From the NCBI GenBank assembly GCA_044376115.1, contig JBILLK010000015.1, positions 128,001 through 192,000 of the forward strand: a stretch of 64,000 bases of DNA, given 5' to 3'. Made by a program: the position numbers and the translations under genes. Origin of the DNA: Polyangiaceae bacterium (GTDB taxonomy: Bacteria > Myxococcota_A > Polyangia > Polyangiales > Polyangiaceae). Each line of letters opens with the position of its first letter. Within the stretch, counting starts at the first letter, position 1. The notes under the pieces are model-generated. The model did not search any database and was not told the origin of the DNA. It saw only the letters and a list, made by a program, of their open reading frames with translations. Shown one piece after another: positions 27,914-37,500 of this stretch.

Positions 27914-29194
27914 CTAGACGCGCAAGCCCGGCGCCGGGAACTTGGAGCAGAGCTCTTTCACCGAGGCGGCAATGCGAGCGAGCGTCGCTTCGCTTTGATC
28001 CTTCGCCACTTCGTCCATGAAGCCGGCGAGCGCGAGCATCTCCGGCGCTTCCATGCCTCGCGAACTTACTGACGGCGTTCCGATGCGTATCCCAGACGGG
28101 TCCATCGGCTTGCGCGGATCAAACGGGATAGCGTTGTAGTTGCAAACGATGCCGGCCCGATCGAGCGCCTGCGCGTAGGGCTTACCGCCAATTCCTTTGG
28201 GCGTGAGATCAATCAATAGCAGGTGATTGTCGGTTCCCCCTGTGATGAGGGAGAACCCGCGCTCCAAGAGCGCGTTGGCCAGGACCTGAGCGTTGTTGAC
28301 CACACGCTGCGCGTACGCCTTGAAGCTTGGTAGTGTGGCCTCGAGCGCGGCGACCGCAATGCCCGCCGTGGTGTGATTGTGTGGACCGCCCTGCAGACCA
28401 GGGAAGACCGCTCGGTCGATCACCGCAGCGTGCTCGGGTTTACAGAGGATCATGCCTCCGCGAGGCCCACGCAGCGTCTTGTGCGTGGTCGAGGTCACCA
28501 CGTCGGCGATGCCAACAGGAGACGGGTGGAGCCCTGCTGCGACCAAGCCCGAGATGTGAGCGATATCGGCTGCGAGAATCGCTCCCACTTCGTCGGCGAT
28601 GCTGCGGAACGCGGCAAAGTCGAGAGCACGGGGGTAGGCGGTGGTGCCAGCCCAAATCAGCTTCGGGCGGTGCTCGAGCGCGAGCTTGCGCACCTCCTCC
28701 AAGTCAATTCGGTGATCGGTGCTGCGAACGCCGTAGGGCACGCTCTTGAAGAACTTGCCGGTGATGCTGACCGAGTGGCCGTGCGTGAGATGGCCCCCAG
28801 CAGGTAGCCCAAGCCCCATCACCGTCTCACCCGGCTTCACGAAGGCGAGATAGACGGCAAGGTTTGCCGGACTCCCGGAATAGGGCTGCACGTTCACGTG
28901 AAGACTGTTCGCGTCGAGCAAGGGCGTAGCAAACAGCGAGGCGATACGCGACTTGGCGAGCTCTTCGACTTCATCGATTAGCTGCTGGCCCTCGTAGTAG
29001 CGCTTCTTCGCGTAGCCCTCCGAGTACTTGTTCGTCAGGCAGGAGCCGGAAGCATCCAAGACGGCCTGGGAGGCGTAGTTCTCGCTAGCGATGAGGCGAA
29101 ACTTGTCCGCCTCACGCTGCTCTTCACGACGAATGAGCTCGTGAAGAACCGGGTCTACAGCGGACAACGGTGCCCGACCTTCAATTGAAGACAT
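27914..29194 (-). CDS. glyA: Serine hydroxymethyltransferase
   Basis: LIASENY, NKYSEGY, NVQPYSGSPAN, GGHLTHG, TTHKTLRGPRGG, GGTDNHL, SGIRIGTP. Confidence 0.97.
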   Translation of the reverse strand: MSSIEGRAPLSAVDPVLHELIRREEQREADKFRLIASENYASQAVLDASGSCLTNKYSEGYAKKRYYEGQQLIDEVEELAKSRIASLFATPLLDANSLHVNVQPYSGSPANLAVYLAFVKPGETVMGLGLPAGGHLTHGHSVSITGKFFKSVPYGVRSTDHRIDLEEVRKLALEHRPKLIWAGTTAYPRALDFAAFRSIADEVGAILAADIAHISGLVAAGLHPSPVGIADVVTSTTHKTLRGPRGGMILCKPEHAAVIDRAVFPGLQGGPHNHTTAGIAVAALEATLPSFKAYAQRVVNNAQVLANALLERGFSLITGGTDNHLLLIDLTPKGIGGKPYAQALDRAGIVCNYNAIPFDPRKPMDPSGIRIGTPSVSSRGMEAPEMLALAGFMDEVAKDQSEATLARIAASVKELCSKFPAPGLRV

Positions 29195-30528
29195 CAGCGC
29201 ACCTCGAAATCGCCACGACTCAAGATGTCAGCGACACGCCAAAGGAAGGAGTTGGCTAGGACGCCATCGATGATGCGGTGGTCGTAGGAGAGCGCCATGT
29301 ACATCACAGGGTGAATCGCGATGCTGTCCTCTTCACCGTGCGTTACGACGACCGGGCGCTTCTTGATCTCGCCCATGCGCAAGATGCCCACGTTCGGTTG
29401 CGAGATGATCGCTGCGCCGAACATGTTGCCCTTGAGGCCTGGGTTGGACACGCTGAACGACGTCCCCGAGAGGTCGTCGGCTGTAACCTTGCCGGCCTTG
29501 GCTCGCTGCGCGAGCTCGTCGATCGATGAGGCCATGCCGCGCAAGGTCAGCGTGTCCGCGCGCTTGATGCTCGGCACCACGAGCCCACCTGGGGTGTCGA
29601 CAGCGACGCCCAGGTTCACGTCCCGAAGCCGCACATAGCTGCCCTCGAGCACTCGCGCGTTCACGTCCGGGTGCTCGCTGAGAGCCCGGACCGTGGCCGT
29701 GCAGATGAAGGCCAAGAACGTCAGCGGAACGCCTTCTTTCTTGAAACGGTCTTTGTGTTGGTCGCGCAGCTTGGACGTAGCAGCGAGATCAACCTCGGCG
29801 ACCGTCACCACGTGAGGCGACACCTGCTTCGAGTAGACCATGTGGTCTGCAGTGATGCGGCGGCGACGATTGAAGGGCACCACCTCATCCCCCGGCTTGG
29901 GGCTGTACGCGGGCACCTTGTAGCTTCCGAAGCCAACGCCTGGGACCGGTGGAACAAAGCCACCAGCCGAGGCCAACAGAGCCGAGAGCTCCGCAGGCGC
30001 TGAGGCAGCGGCTTGAGCAACGGCGCGCGCTGCCGTTTCCAAAACGGCGGGTGCCGAGGGCGTCACCAGAGCGGGCGCCGCCGCGGGAGCGCCTTGAGCA
30101 GCTCGCAGCACGTCCGTATGTGTAACCCGCCCGTGTTCCCCCGTACCTTGGACCCCCGCGAGGGATACGCCGTGTTCCTGCGCAATTCTCCGTGTGCTCG
30201 GAGACGCCAGAGGCGCACCGGCCGGAGCAGGGGCTGGGGTCGCCACAGCCACGGGTTGTGATACAGCCGCCGGAGCAGAAGCTCCGGAAGAAGCCGTCTC
30301 GTCAATTTGGCATAGAAGACCGCCCTTGGCGACGATCTGACCTTCGGTTGCGATGAGCTTCGTCACGCGCCCACGCACAGGTGCGCGCACTTCGGTGTCG
30401 GCCTTGTCGGTCGCGACCTCGAGTAGAACCTGCTCGCGTTCAACGAGGTCTCCCTCGCGAACGACCCACTTGGTCACAGTGCCTTCGGCAACGCTTTCGC
30501 CCAGCTGCGGCATCGGGACGTCGATCAT
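29194..30528 (-). CDS. 2-oxoacid dehydrogenase E2 (dihydrolipoamide acyltransferase)
   Basis: Lipoyl domain EVATDKA, E3-binding GTGEHGRVT, catalytic LSYDHRIIDG; AGGAG RBS before ATG 30528. Confidence 0.93.
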   Translation of the reverse strand: MIDVPMPQLGESVAEGTVTKWVVREGDLVEREQVLLEVATDKADTEVRAPVRGRVTKLIATEGQIVAKGGLLCQIDETASSGASAPAAVSQPVAVATPAPAPAGAPLASPSTRRIAQEHGVSLAGVQGTGEHGRVTHTDVLRAAQGAPAAAPALVTPSAPAVLETAARAVAQAAASAPAELSALLASAGGFVPPVPGVGFGSYKVPAYSPKPGDEVVPFNRRRRITADHMVYSKQVSPHVVTVAEVDLAATSKLRDQHKDRFKKEGVPLTFLAFICTATVRALSEHPDVNARVLEGSYVRLRDVNLGVAVDTPGGLVVPSIKRADTLTLRGMASSIDELAQRAKAGKVTADDLSGTSFSVSNPGLKGNMFGAAIISQPNVGILRMGEIKKRPVVVTHGEEDSIAIHPVMYMALSYDHRIIDGVLANSFLWRVADILSRGDFEVR

Positions 30529-30621
30529 TTGGCTCCTTTTTCGATGATGCTGGTACTCGCGAGACCGGTCAGGTGCAACCCTTGAGTGATTCCGGCAGGC
30601 AGCGCCCGAGGACACCGACAG

Positions 30622-30657
30622 CGAAGCCACGCTTCTTATGCGAAGAGCGTGGCTTCG
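30622..30657. terminator. Hairpin/terminator downstream of the 30683 lipoprotein gene
   Basis: CGAAGCCACGCT(T)CTT / AAGAGCGTGGCTTCG stem. Confidence 0.55.
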
Positions 30658-30682
30658 GCGGCGCGGATCTCGCGAGGTTCAG

Positions 30683-31261
30683 TTAGATTTTTTTGGTGAA
30701 GAGCGCCCCACCAACGACGCCGGCGCCTTGCCGTGCGCGAACAACCAGCTTCACTGGCGCAGCAAACAGCATTTGCCACTTGTAGCAGTTGATGCGGGCC
30801 ATCGCTCCAACATCGCTGTCATAAGCCAACGGTTGCGCTGCCATCTGTGCAAGTGCTGGCTGAAGCCCAAGCACCGTCGGATCGATCACGAGCTGCGCAT
30901 CCACCTCGGTGACGTTGGGAAATCCGTTGGCGATCGCGGTGTAACAGACGGACGCGTCGATGTAGAACGCCTCGCTCGAAACGGTTCCACCCTCAGGCAC
31001 GTTGCCGCAGACGTTGAACTTGGGCTGCATCCCGGTCGCTTCACCAACAGCGCGCTGGCCAATGGCGGCGGCAAGGTTGGCCTGCTGAACCGCATCGCAG
31101 GGCATGACCTGAGCGACCGGAGGAGCCGTCGTCGTGGCTACCGGCGGCGCGGTGTACGTCGGCGGTGGAGTCACTGGGTATTCGGGCTCGCTACTGCAGC
31201 CCATCCCAACGAAGCCACTCACCGCGACCATTGCCGCAAACACACTCTGTCCGATCTTCAT
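30683..31261 (-). CDS. Hypothetical lipoprotein (paralog of the divergent neighbour)
   Basis: GGAGG RBS, lipobox GMGC, Pro/Thr linker, C-terminal CYT..G..EVD..LAYD..C..W..GAGV..LF.K domain. Confidence 0.75.
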   Translation of the reverse strand: MKIGQSVFAAMVAVSGFVGMGCSSEPEYPVTPPPTYTAPPVATTTAPPVAQVMPCDAVQQANLAAAIGQRAVGEATGMQPKFNVCGNVPEGGTVSSEAFYIDASVCYTAIANGFPNVTEVDAQLVIDPTVLGLQPALAQMAAQPLAYDSDVGAMARINCYKWQMLFAAPVKLVVRARQGAGVVGGALFTKKI

Positions 31262-31448
31262 CCTGCCGGTCCTCCAGCTTTTCACACGGGTTTCTGAATT
31301 AGGTGCGCTAGGATACGCAAGCTTGCGCCAATAAGGGTTGGGAGAATACATTCCCAGAAATTGCGTCGAACACTCTGAAAGCCTGAAACCAGTCCGGCTC
31401 TCGACCCATCGGCTCTTCAACGTTCTTCCATATCCTCAAGGAGGCCCT

Positions 31449-32219
31449 GTGTACCGCTCCCTCGTTCTCGGCTCACTCTTCGCAATGGTTTTCGTCGGTT
31501 GTGACAAGCAGCAGGAGCCGCAATACGGGTACGGGCAACAGCCGGGGTACGGCCAGCCGGGGTACGGCCAGCCGGGATACGGCCAGCCGGGGCAACCTGG
31601 GTATGGGCAACCGCAGCCGGGCTACCCCACGCAGCCGGGCTACCCCACGCAGCCGGGCCAGCCCACGCAGCCGGGCCAGCCGGGCCAGCCGACGCAGCCA
31701 GGCCAACCCGCACCCGGCTTCTCTCTGCCCGGAATCCCCGGGTTCACGCTTCCCGGGATGGGGCAACCGGCGCAACCCGGTCAGCCCGGTCAGCCGGCTT
31801 CGGGTGGTGGCATGGCGCAGCCAATGGACCCGAACATGGCGCAGGTCGCTGTGGTTCCGCTGTTCCAACTCCAGAGCCAGCATGCCCAAGGCATGACGAA
31901 GGAGGGCCCGGTGCTCGCCGGGAACTTCCAACAAGGACAAACGTTGGAGCAAGCATTCACGGTGATGCCCGGTAAGTGCTACACGATCACCGCCACCGGG
32001 GCAGGGATCAGCGAGCTAGACGTGCACCTCGTGCTGACCACTCCCATCCCGGGTGCGTCGCCCGTTCTGGCTCAGGACAACATGCAAGGGAGCAACGCGG
32101 TCGTTGGTGGAAACGGCGCGTGTGTTCGCTGGCAAGGGTTCGTCGGCGCGAACGCCAAGTTCGTGATGACCGCGACGGCTGGTGGTGGTGTCGCCGCCGC
32201 CCAGCTCTACGTCAAGTAG
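31449..32219 (+). CDS. Hypothetical lipoprotein with Q/P/G/Y low-complexity repeats
   Basis: AAGGAGG RBS, GTG start, lipobox [15 protein letters not shown] repeats, C-terminal domain shared with 30683..31261. Confidence 0.8.
   Translation: MYRSLVLGSLFAMVFVGCDKQQEPQYGYGQQPGYGQPGYGQPGYGQPGQPGYGQPQPGYPTQPGYPTQPGQPTQPGQPGQPTQPGQPAPGFSLPGIPGFTLPGMGQPAQPGQPGQPASGGGMAQPMDPNMAQVAVVPLFQLQSQHAQGMTKEGPVLAGNFQQGQTLEQAFTVMPGKCYTITATGAGISELDVHLVLTTPIPGASPVLAQDNMQGSNAVVGGNGACVRWQGFVGANAKFVMTATAGGGVAAAQLYVK
31539..31710 (+). repeat. In-frame tandem repeats (15-bp CAGCCGGGGTACGGC and 18-bp CAGCCGGGCTACCCCACG units)
   Basis: Directly visible; encode QPGYG and [12 protein letters not shown]. Confidence 0.85.
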
Positions 32220-32239
32220 AGCCCCTTCGTCGTCAGAGC

Positions 32240-32277
32240 AAAGCCCATGCCCTTCAGGCGTGGGCTTTCGTGTTTTG
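32240..32277 (+). terminator. Intrinsic terminator
   Basis: AAAGCCCATGCC / GGCGTGGGCTTT stem followed by CGTGTTTTG. Confidence 0.7.
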
Positions 32278-32294
32278 TTCGCAGTCGATCGGGG

Positions 32295-33926
32295 TCATTT
32301 GCAAACCGACGGCAGGAGTCGGTCGGCTTCTCCGGGAGGAAGATCCATTTCCAAGACGGTCGACCCTTGGCGCGCAAAGGAACCTTTTCGCTGTCCTCGG
32401 ATGTAGCTCTCAGCTGCAGACTCCGAAGGGAATTTGAGCGCAACCACCGTACCGCTTTCGCTTCCTCGGGCGAACGTATTGCCTCTTCCTTCCGGCCCAA
32501 GACAGCGGAAGTTCACCATATCTCCGGAGCAGACGATCGCTGTCCCCGAAACACGCCAACCGAGCCGTTCCATTGCCGAGCGGATTCCTGCTTGAGAGGA
32601 GGTCAACGTCGTGCAGGTCTGCGACCGAAGCGTTGGGGGCGGTTCCGCAGTCGGCAGTGGAGTGGGAGTGGGCGGTGGCGCCGGAATTGATGGCAGCTTG
32701 GCGCTTGGCCTGGGCGGCGTTTGCTCGCTGGGATCCTCATCGCTCTCCTCAATCACTGCCCGCTTCTTTTTCTTCTTCGGCTGGGAGTCGGAGGAATCAG
32801 TTGTTCGCGACTTCTTTTCTGGCTCTCGGAACACCCACAACGCAAGCGCCGAAGCAACCGCAACGGCGGTGACCACCCCCACAATCAACGGCCAACGTCT
32901 CCTAGGTGCGACGGCTGCGTGAGCTGGACTTGGTTGGGCGTACGGCGCGGAAGCTAGATGCACCTGAGCTGGCCACGCCACGCCTGGGGAGGTCGGAGAG
33001 AAAGCTGTGGACGAGACCTTCGCCTGCTGTTGTTGGGAGACTGGGGGAGACTGAAGAGAATCGGTGATCGCCCTTGCCATCTCCGACGCGTTGGCAAACC
33101 GGGCACTGGGCTCAATCTGTGTAGCACGCACCAAGACCGGGCCCAGCTGTGATGCTGGAAGCCAGCTCGGTAGAACAAACGGCTTGGCCTCGATGCGAAT
33201 GCGGACGACGTCCATCACACTCGCGTCAGAGCCAAACAGCGGCCGCCCGCCAAGCATTTCGATCATCACCACGCCAAGAGCAAACAGGTCAGTTGCTGGA
33301 AACAGGTTGGCACCAAGCAACTGCTCGCGAGGCATGTAGGCGGGAGTTCCCAGTGCCATACCGGCCTGTGTCAACCCAGCGAACGTGCCCGGGTTGATCG
33401 ACTTTGCGATGCCAAAATCGAGCACTTTGACGCGCCCATCCTCGCTTCCTCCCATGAGAAAGATGTTGGCCGGCTTGATATCCCGATGAATCACGCCAAG
33501 CGAGTGGGCGTGCTCAAGCGCCTTGAGGATCTCGAGTGCGATGCGTGCAACGCGCGGGGCAGCGATACCTCCGTGCGCCAAAATCTCGTCCTCGAGGCTC
33601 CTTCCCTTGAGCATCTCGAAGGCAATGAAGAGAGCGCCTGATGCCCAATCAGTCCCCGACGACAGCACCTTCACGGCGTTTGGATGATCGATGCGGCGGG
33701 CGAGCTCAGCTTCACGCCGAAAGCGATCCGCTCCGCCGGCCATGTTCATCACACGGCTCGAAAGCACCTTGACCGCAGCTCTGCTTCCGTCGTGAACGTC
33801 GGTGGCCGCATACACGACTCCGAAGCCGCCGGCGCCCAACACGTGGTCCACGCGATAACGCTGCCCGATGGTCTGCCCCAGAGCGAAGCTATCTGGGTCG
33901 CGATCGGTGAGCGGGTCTTGGGTCAC
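32295..33926 (-). CDS. Membrane-anchored Hanks-type Ser/Thr protein kinase
   Basis: LGAGGFGVVY, AAVKVL, HRDIKPANIF, VLDFGIAK, GTPAYM; TM helix and Pro-rich/Cys-containing extracellular tail. Confidence 0.93.
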   Translation of the reverse strand: MTQDPLTDRDPDSFALGQTIGQRYRVDHVLGAGGFGVVYAATDVHDGSRAAVKVLSSRVMNMAGGADRFRREAELARRIDHPNAVKVLSSGTDWASGALFIAFEMLKGRSLEDEILAHGGIAAPRVARIALEILKALEHAHSLGVIHRDIKPANIFLMGGSEDGRVKVLDFGIAKSINPGTFAGLTQAGMALGTPAYMPREQLLGANLFPATDLFALGVVMIEMLGGRPLFGSDASVMDVVRIRIEAKPFVLPSWLPASQLGPVLVRATQIEPSARFANASEMARAITDSLQSPPVSQQQQAKVSSTAFSPTSPGVAWPAQVHLASAPYAQPSPAHAAVAPRRRWPLIVGVVTAVAVASALALWVFREPEKKSRTTDSSDSQPKKKKKRAVIEESDEDPSEQTPPRPSAKLPSIPAPPPTPTPLPTAEPPPTLRSQTCTTLTSSQAGIRSAMERLGWRVSGTAIVCSGDMVNFRCLGPEGRGNTFARGSESGTVVALKFPSESAAESYIRGQRKGSFARQGSTVLEMDLPPGEADRLLPSVCK

Positions 33927-33977
33927 GGGCCTCGATTGTAGACCTCATTCCCTTCAGACTGCGACGTACTACCAACG

Positions 33978-34005
33978 ACAAAGGCCACACAGTCAGCGTG
34001 GCCTT
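33978..34005 (-). terminator. Terminator after HU gene
   Basis: AAGGCCAC / GTGGCCTT stem about 50 bp downstream of the HU stop. Confidence 0.5.
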
Positions 34006-34052
34006 CGGACTCGAGAGCGCGTCGAGTCATTCTTTTGCTATCAGCGATGCGA

Positions 34053-34391
34053 TCAGGCGACGGCTTCTTTGATCGCCTTGATCGGCCGCGCGCGAACCGA
34101 CTTGCTCTTCGGCTTGGCCGGGAAGTTCATCGGCTGACCGTTGAACGGGTTGGTACCGGTGCGGGCCTTGGTGGCGGCCTTGTCAACCACGCGGAACTTG
34201 GCGAAGCCTGGGAGGGTGAAGATCTTGCTCTTCTTCAGCTCCTTGTGGCCAACCTCAGCAAGCGAATCCAGCAGGGACTTAACCTGCTTACGGGAAATCT
34301 CCTCACCCACCGCCTCAGCGATCGCCGTGATGAGACCGTTCTTCGTCAGTGCTTTCGCCTTCTTCGGTGCTGCTGCCTTGTTCGTTGCCAT
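34053..34391 (-). CDS. HU family DNA-binding protein
   Basis: LTKNGLITAIAE, FTLPGFAKFRV, ARTGTNPFNGQPM..PAKP. Confidence 0.92.
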   Translation of the reverse strand: MATNKAAAPKKAKALTKNGLITAIAEAVGEEISRKQVKSLLDSLAEVGHKELKKSKIFTLPGFAKFRVVDKAATKARTGTNPFNGQPMNFPAKPKSKSVRARPIKAIKEAVA

Positions 34392-34511
34392 GATTCATCC
34401 TCCGGGAAATCGAGGGGACGCATGCCCCACTCGGTGAGCGCGCCTGTGCAGCGCAACGGTGCGTAAAGTACACGCGTTTGCTTTCCGCGAAAGTCGAAAG
34501 TGCTAAAACGT

Positions 34512-37500
34512 TCAGCCGAGTCGCGCGATCAGGTCTCGAGCCTCAACCAGTGTGCTGTCTTCGGCCAGTGATTTTTCGAGCATCAACTTAGCCCGACGAG
34601 CGTCTCCAGCCTTAACGGCGATGCTACCGAGGTGGAAGTAGGCGACCGCACGGTCACGCGTGGAGATACTACCGTCTGGCTTCAGCAGCGTGACGGCACG
34701 GAAGGCCCGTTGAGCCACATCTTGCTCGTCGAGGTCCACCGCCAAGAGCCCAAGTTCAAGAGCGAGGCTGCCGTTCTGAGGTTGGTTGTCAAACGCCTTG
34801 CCCAACGCCTCGATCGCATCGCTCAAGTTGCCGCCCTTCGCTTCAACACGATAGAGCGCGTAGTAGGCTTGGCCTAGTTCACGAGAGCGCTTCGACTTGT
34901 GTGATGCAATCACCCCAGCCATGATTTCGCGCGCTTCCTCCCCACGACCCAGAACGGCCAACGCTTCTGCGAGGAGCTGCAGCACGTCTTGGCTGTCGTG
35001 CTGGATCAACTTCGCTTCTTCGAGCACCCGCGACGCCCGCTCTGCCGCAGCGGCGGTCACTGTGCCGTCATCTCCCGTGCTGTAAAGCAGCAAGCGAGCT
35101 GCCTCAAGCAGTCGCTCCAGACGAGCCGCATCGTCTTCGAGACAATGCGCCTCCGCCACGATCAGGTCGGCGAGTTCTGCGATTGCCCCGGTTTCTTCGT
35201 AGACCGAACGAAGCGCCGCCCTCACGGCCTCGTCGTTCGGATCGGAGCCAAGAGCCCGCTCGAGCCCAGGACGCGCGAGGCTAGGACGGCCCAAACGAAC
35301 CGTACACTCGTAGAGGCGCAGAGAAATGCGGCTCAAAGCCGCGCCGCTAGCGATCGCGCAGGCACGGGCATAGGCGGTGGCGGCGGCGTCATCACGCCCT
35401 GCACTCTCCTCGATTTGCGCCAGTGTTGCGAGCAACTCAGGGTTCTGAGGATCGCGCGCGAGCTCCGAATCGAGCACCGTCCGAGCAGCCCCTGGATCAC
35501 CGCTCGCGGCTAATACCTCAGCGAGCTTTCGGCGCAGCTCTCCTTCCGTACGGCGAGAGGCACTTGGATCCGTCGTGATGCGACTGAGGGCCGCCTCGAG
35601 GTGAGCACGCAACTCTGCCGCGTATTGACCCTCCGAATGTTGGTAGGCAGCCTCGAGATCGTCGAGGGCCGCGTCGCTTTCGCCCACCGCTTCACGCAGC
35701 ACGGCCCGCGAAAACAGCAACCAAGCGTCCTTCGCGTCGGCCGCCAACGCGCGATCGACAGCAGCGATGGCCCGCGCATGTTGGGAGGTCGTGGCGCAAG
35801 CATCCATCAATGCAAACAGGGTATCGCGATCGTCTGGGTCAACGTCGAAAGCGTCCGAGTACAAGTCGGCAGCCTCCCGCGGGTCGCCATCCGCTTTGAC
35901 GGTCTCAGCGGCGGCCAGCAGCAGCTCCTTCTTTGCCTTCGGGTCCTGAATGAACTGGGCTTCACCTGCTGAAAGGCGCGCCAACCCGAGACGATCTCCT
36001 CGCTCAGAATAGAGGTTCGTCAGCCGCTGCTTCAGTTCGGTGTTGCGACCGTTGGACTTGTAGCCGGCTGTGAGCGCTCGCTCTGCCCCGACGGCATCCC
36101 CGGAAGCAAGCTTCATGTCTGCGACGCGGAGCGCGAGACGCACCGCCTCATCCCCTTGCTCACGCATGAGCAGGCGGTCGAGCAGATCACCAAGAACGAC
36201 CGAGTCTTCTCGTTCGGTGTGCAAGCGAACCGCGGCACGTAGCGCGTCAAGGTTGTCCTCGTCCCAGTCGAGAGCGCCATGGAATGCATCGAGCGCGGCA
36301 TCGACGTCCCCGCTCTTTTCGCGGAGCTCCCCAATTCGATTCGAGAGAGAGACAACTCGCGGTTTGTCGGAGGCATCCTTCGCTGCATCGAGCTGGCGTT
36401 CGAGCAAGATCGCCAGTTGATCGTGGCGACCGAGCTTGTTGTAGATGCGTTCGAGGTAAGAGGCAGCCTCGACGTTGTTCGGCTCATCATCGATGGCCTC
36501 TGCGAGTACGCTGGCGGCTCGATCGACGTCCTTCGACTCGAGCATGGCGCCAAGCGCAACCCGCAGCCCGGTGCGCTCACTCAGGTCGTCCACCAGCGGT
36601 ATGGTTTCGACCATCAGGGCCGCGAAGGCTTCCGTGTCCCCTGCTCGCTGAAACAAATCCGCGAGCGGATGCCAGAGTTCTCGGTCAGCTGGCTCTCGTT
36701 TGCGAAGTGACTCATAGAGCCCAATGGCCCGTTCGGAATCACCCAAAACGCGATCCGCGAGGTCAGCGACGCGCATGATCAAGGCGCGCTCCTCCACCGG
36801 GTCTGACACGGCTGCAGCGCGCTCCCAGAGGTCTGCGGCTCCCTTCGCGTCACTCGCTCCGAAACGCAGATCCGCAAGGGCCGACAGCGCCCAAGCATCG
36901 TCCGCTGAGTCGTCCTCCTTCGACGCGGGCACGAGCTTTCTCAGCAGACGTTCGGATTGAGCGGGATCCTCAAGTTCGGTGGAGAGCTCGTAGGCCTCCT
37001 TGAAGCAGAGCGAGGGATCGGCGCTGGATTCGGCGGTCATCAGGAGAGCGTCGATGGTTGCTTGGCGACGCCCGCGATCACGGCCGAAATCCTCAAGCAA
37101 GCGGATAAAGCGCGCTTCGCCAGGGTTCAGTGCGAGTACGGCGCGGAGTTCTCGTTCGAAGCGGTCGCCATCGGGGTCTTCTGAGCGCGCCCGATCGAGC
37201 ACGTCGAACACTTCGTCAAAATCGGCTTCGCGCAGATGAATCGCGAGCAATCGATACAGCGTTGGTCCGTATTCGGTGAACGTTTCCCCATCGCTACTCG
37301 ACAGCTCAACCAGTCTAGTAAGGACGCGCACATGCCGAAGAGCCCCAGCTTGCGAGCCGTTGTTTGGCGCAAGTAGGCGATCCAGCTTACTTAGCGCTCC
37401 CCGACGCTCATGAGAGGATCCCTCGCCCGAGTCGTCCCAGGCGAGCAGCAGCTCCTCAAGCGCTTCGGCGGTCTTCTCTGAGTCCTTCATGTCGTTCTCA

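Noticed and set aside
30638..31297. 219-aa plus-strand ORF
   Set aside because: Antisense shadow of the lipoprotein gene 30683..31261, which has an RBS, lipobox and a paralog
31539..31710. CRISPR-like repeat array
   Set aside because: Repeats are contiguous, in-frame coding units with no unique spacers and no cas genes
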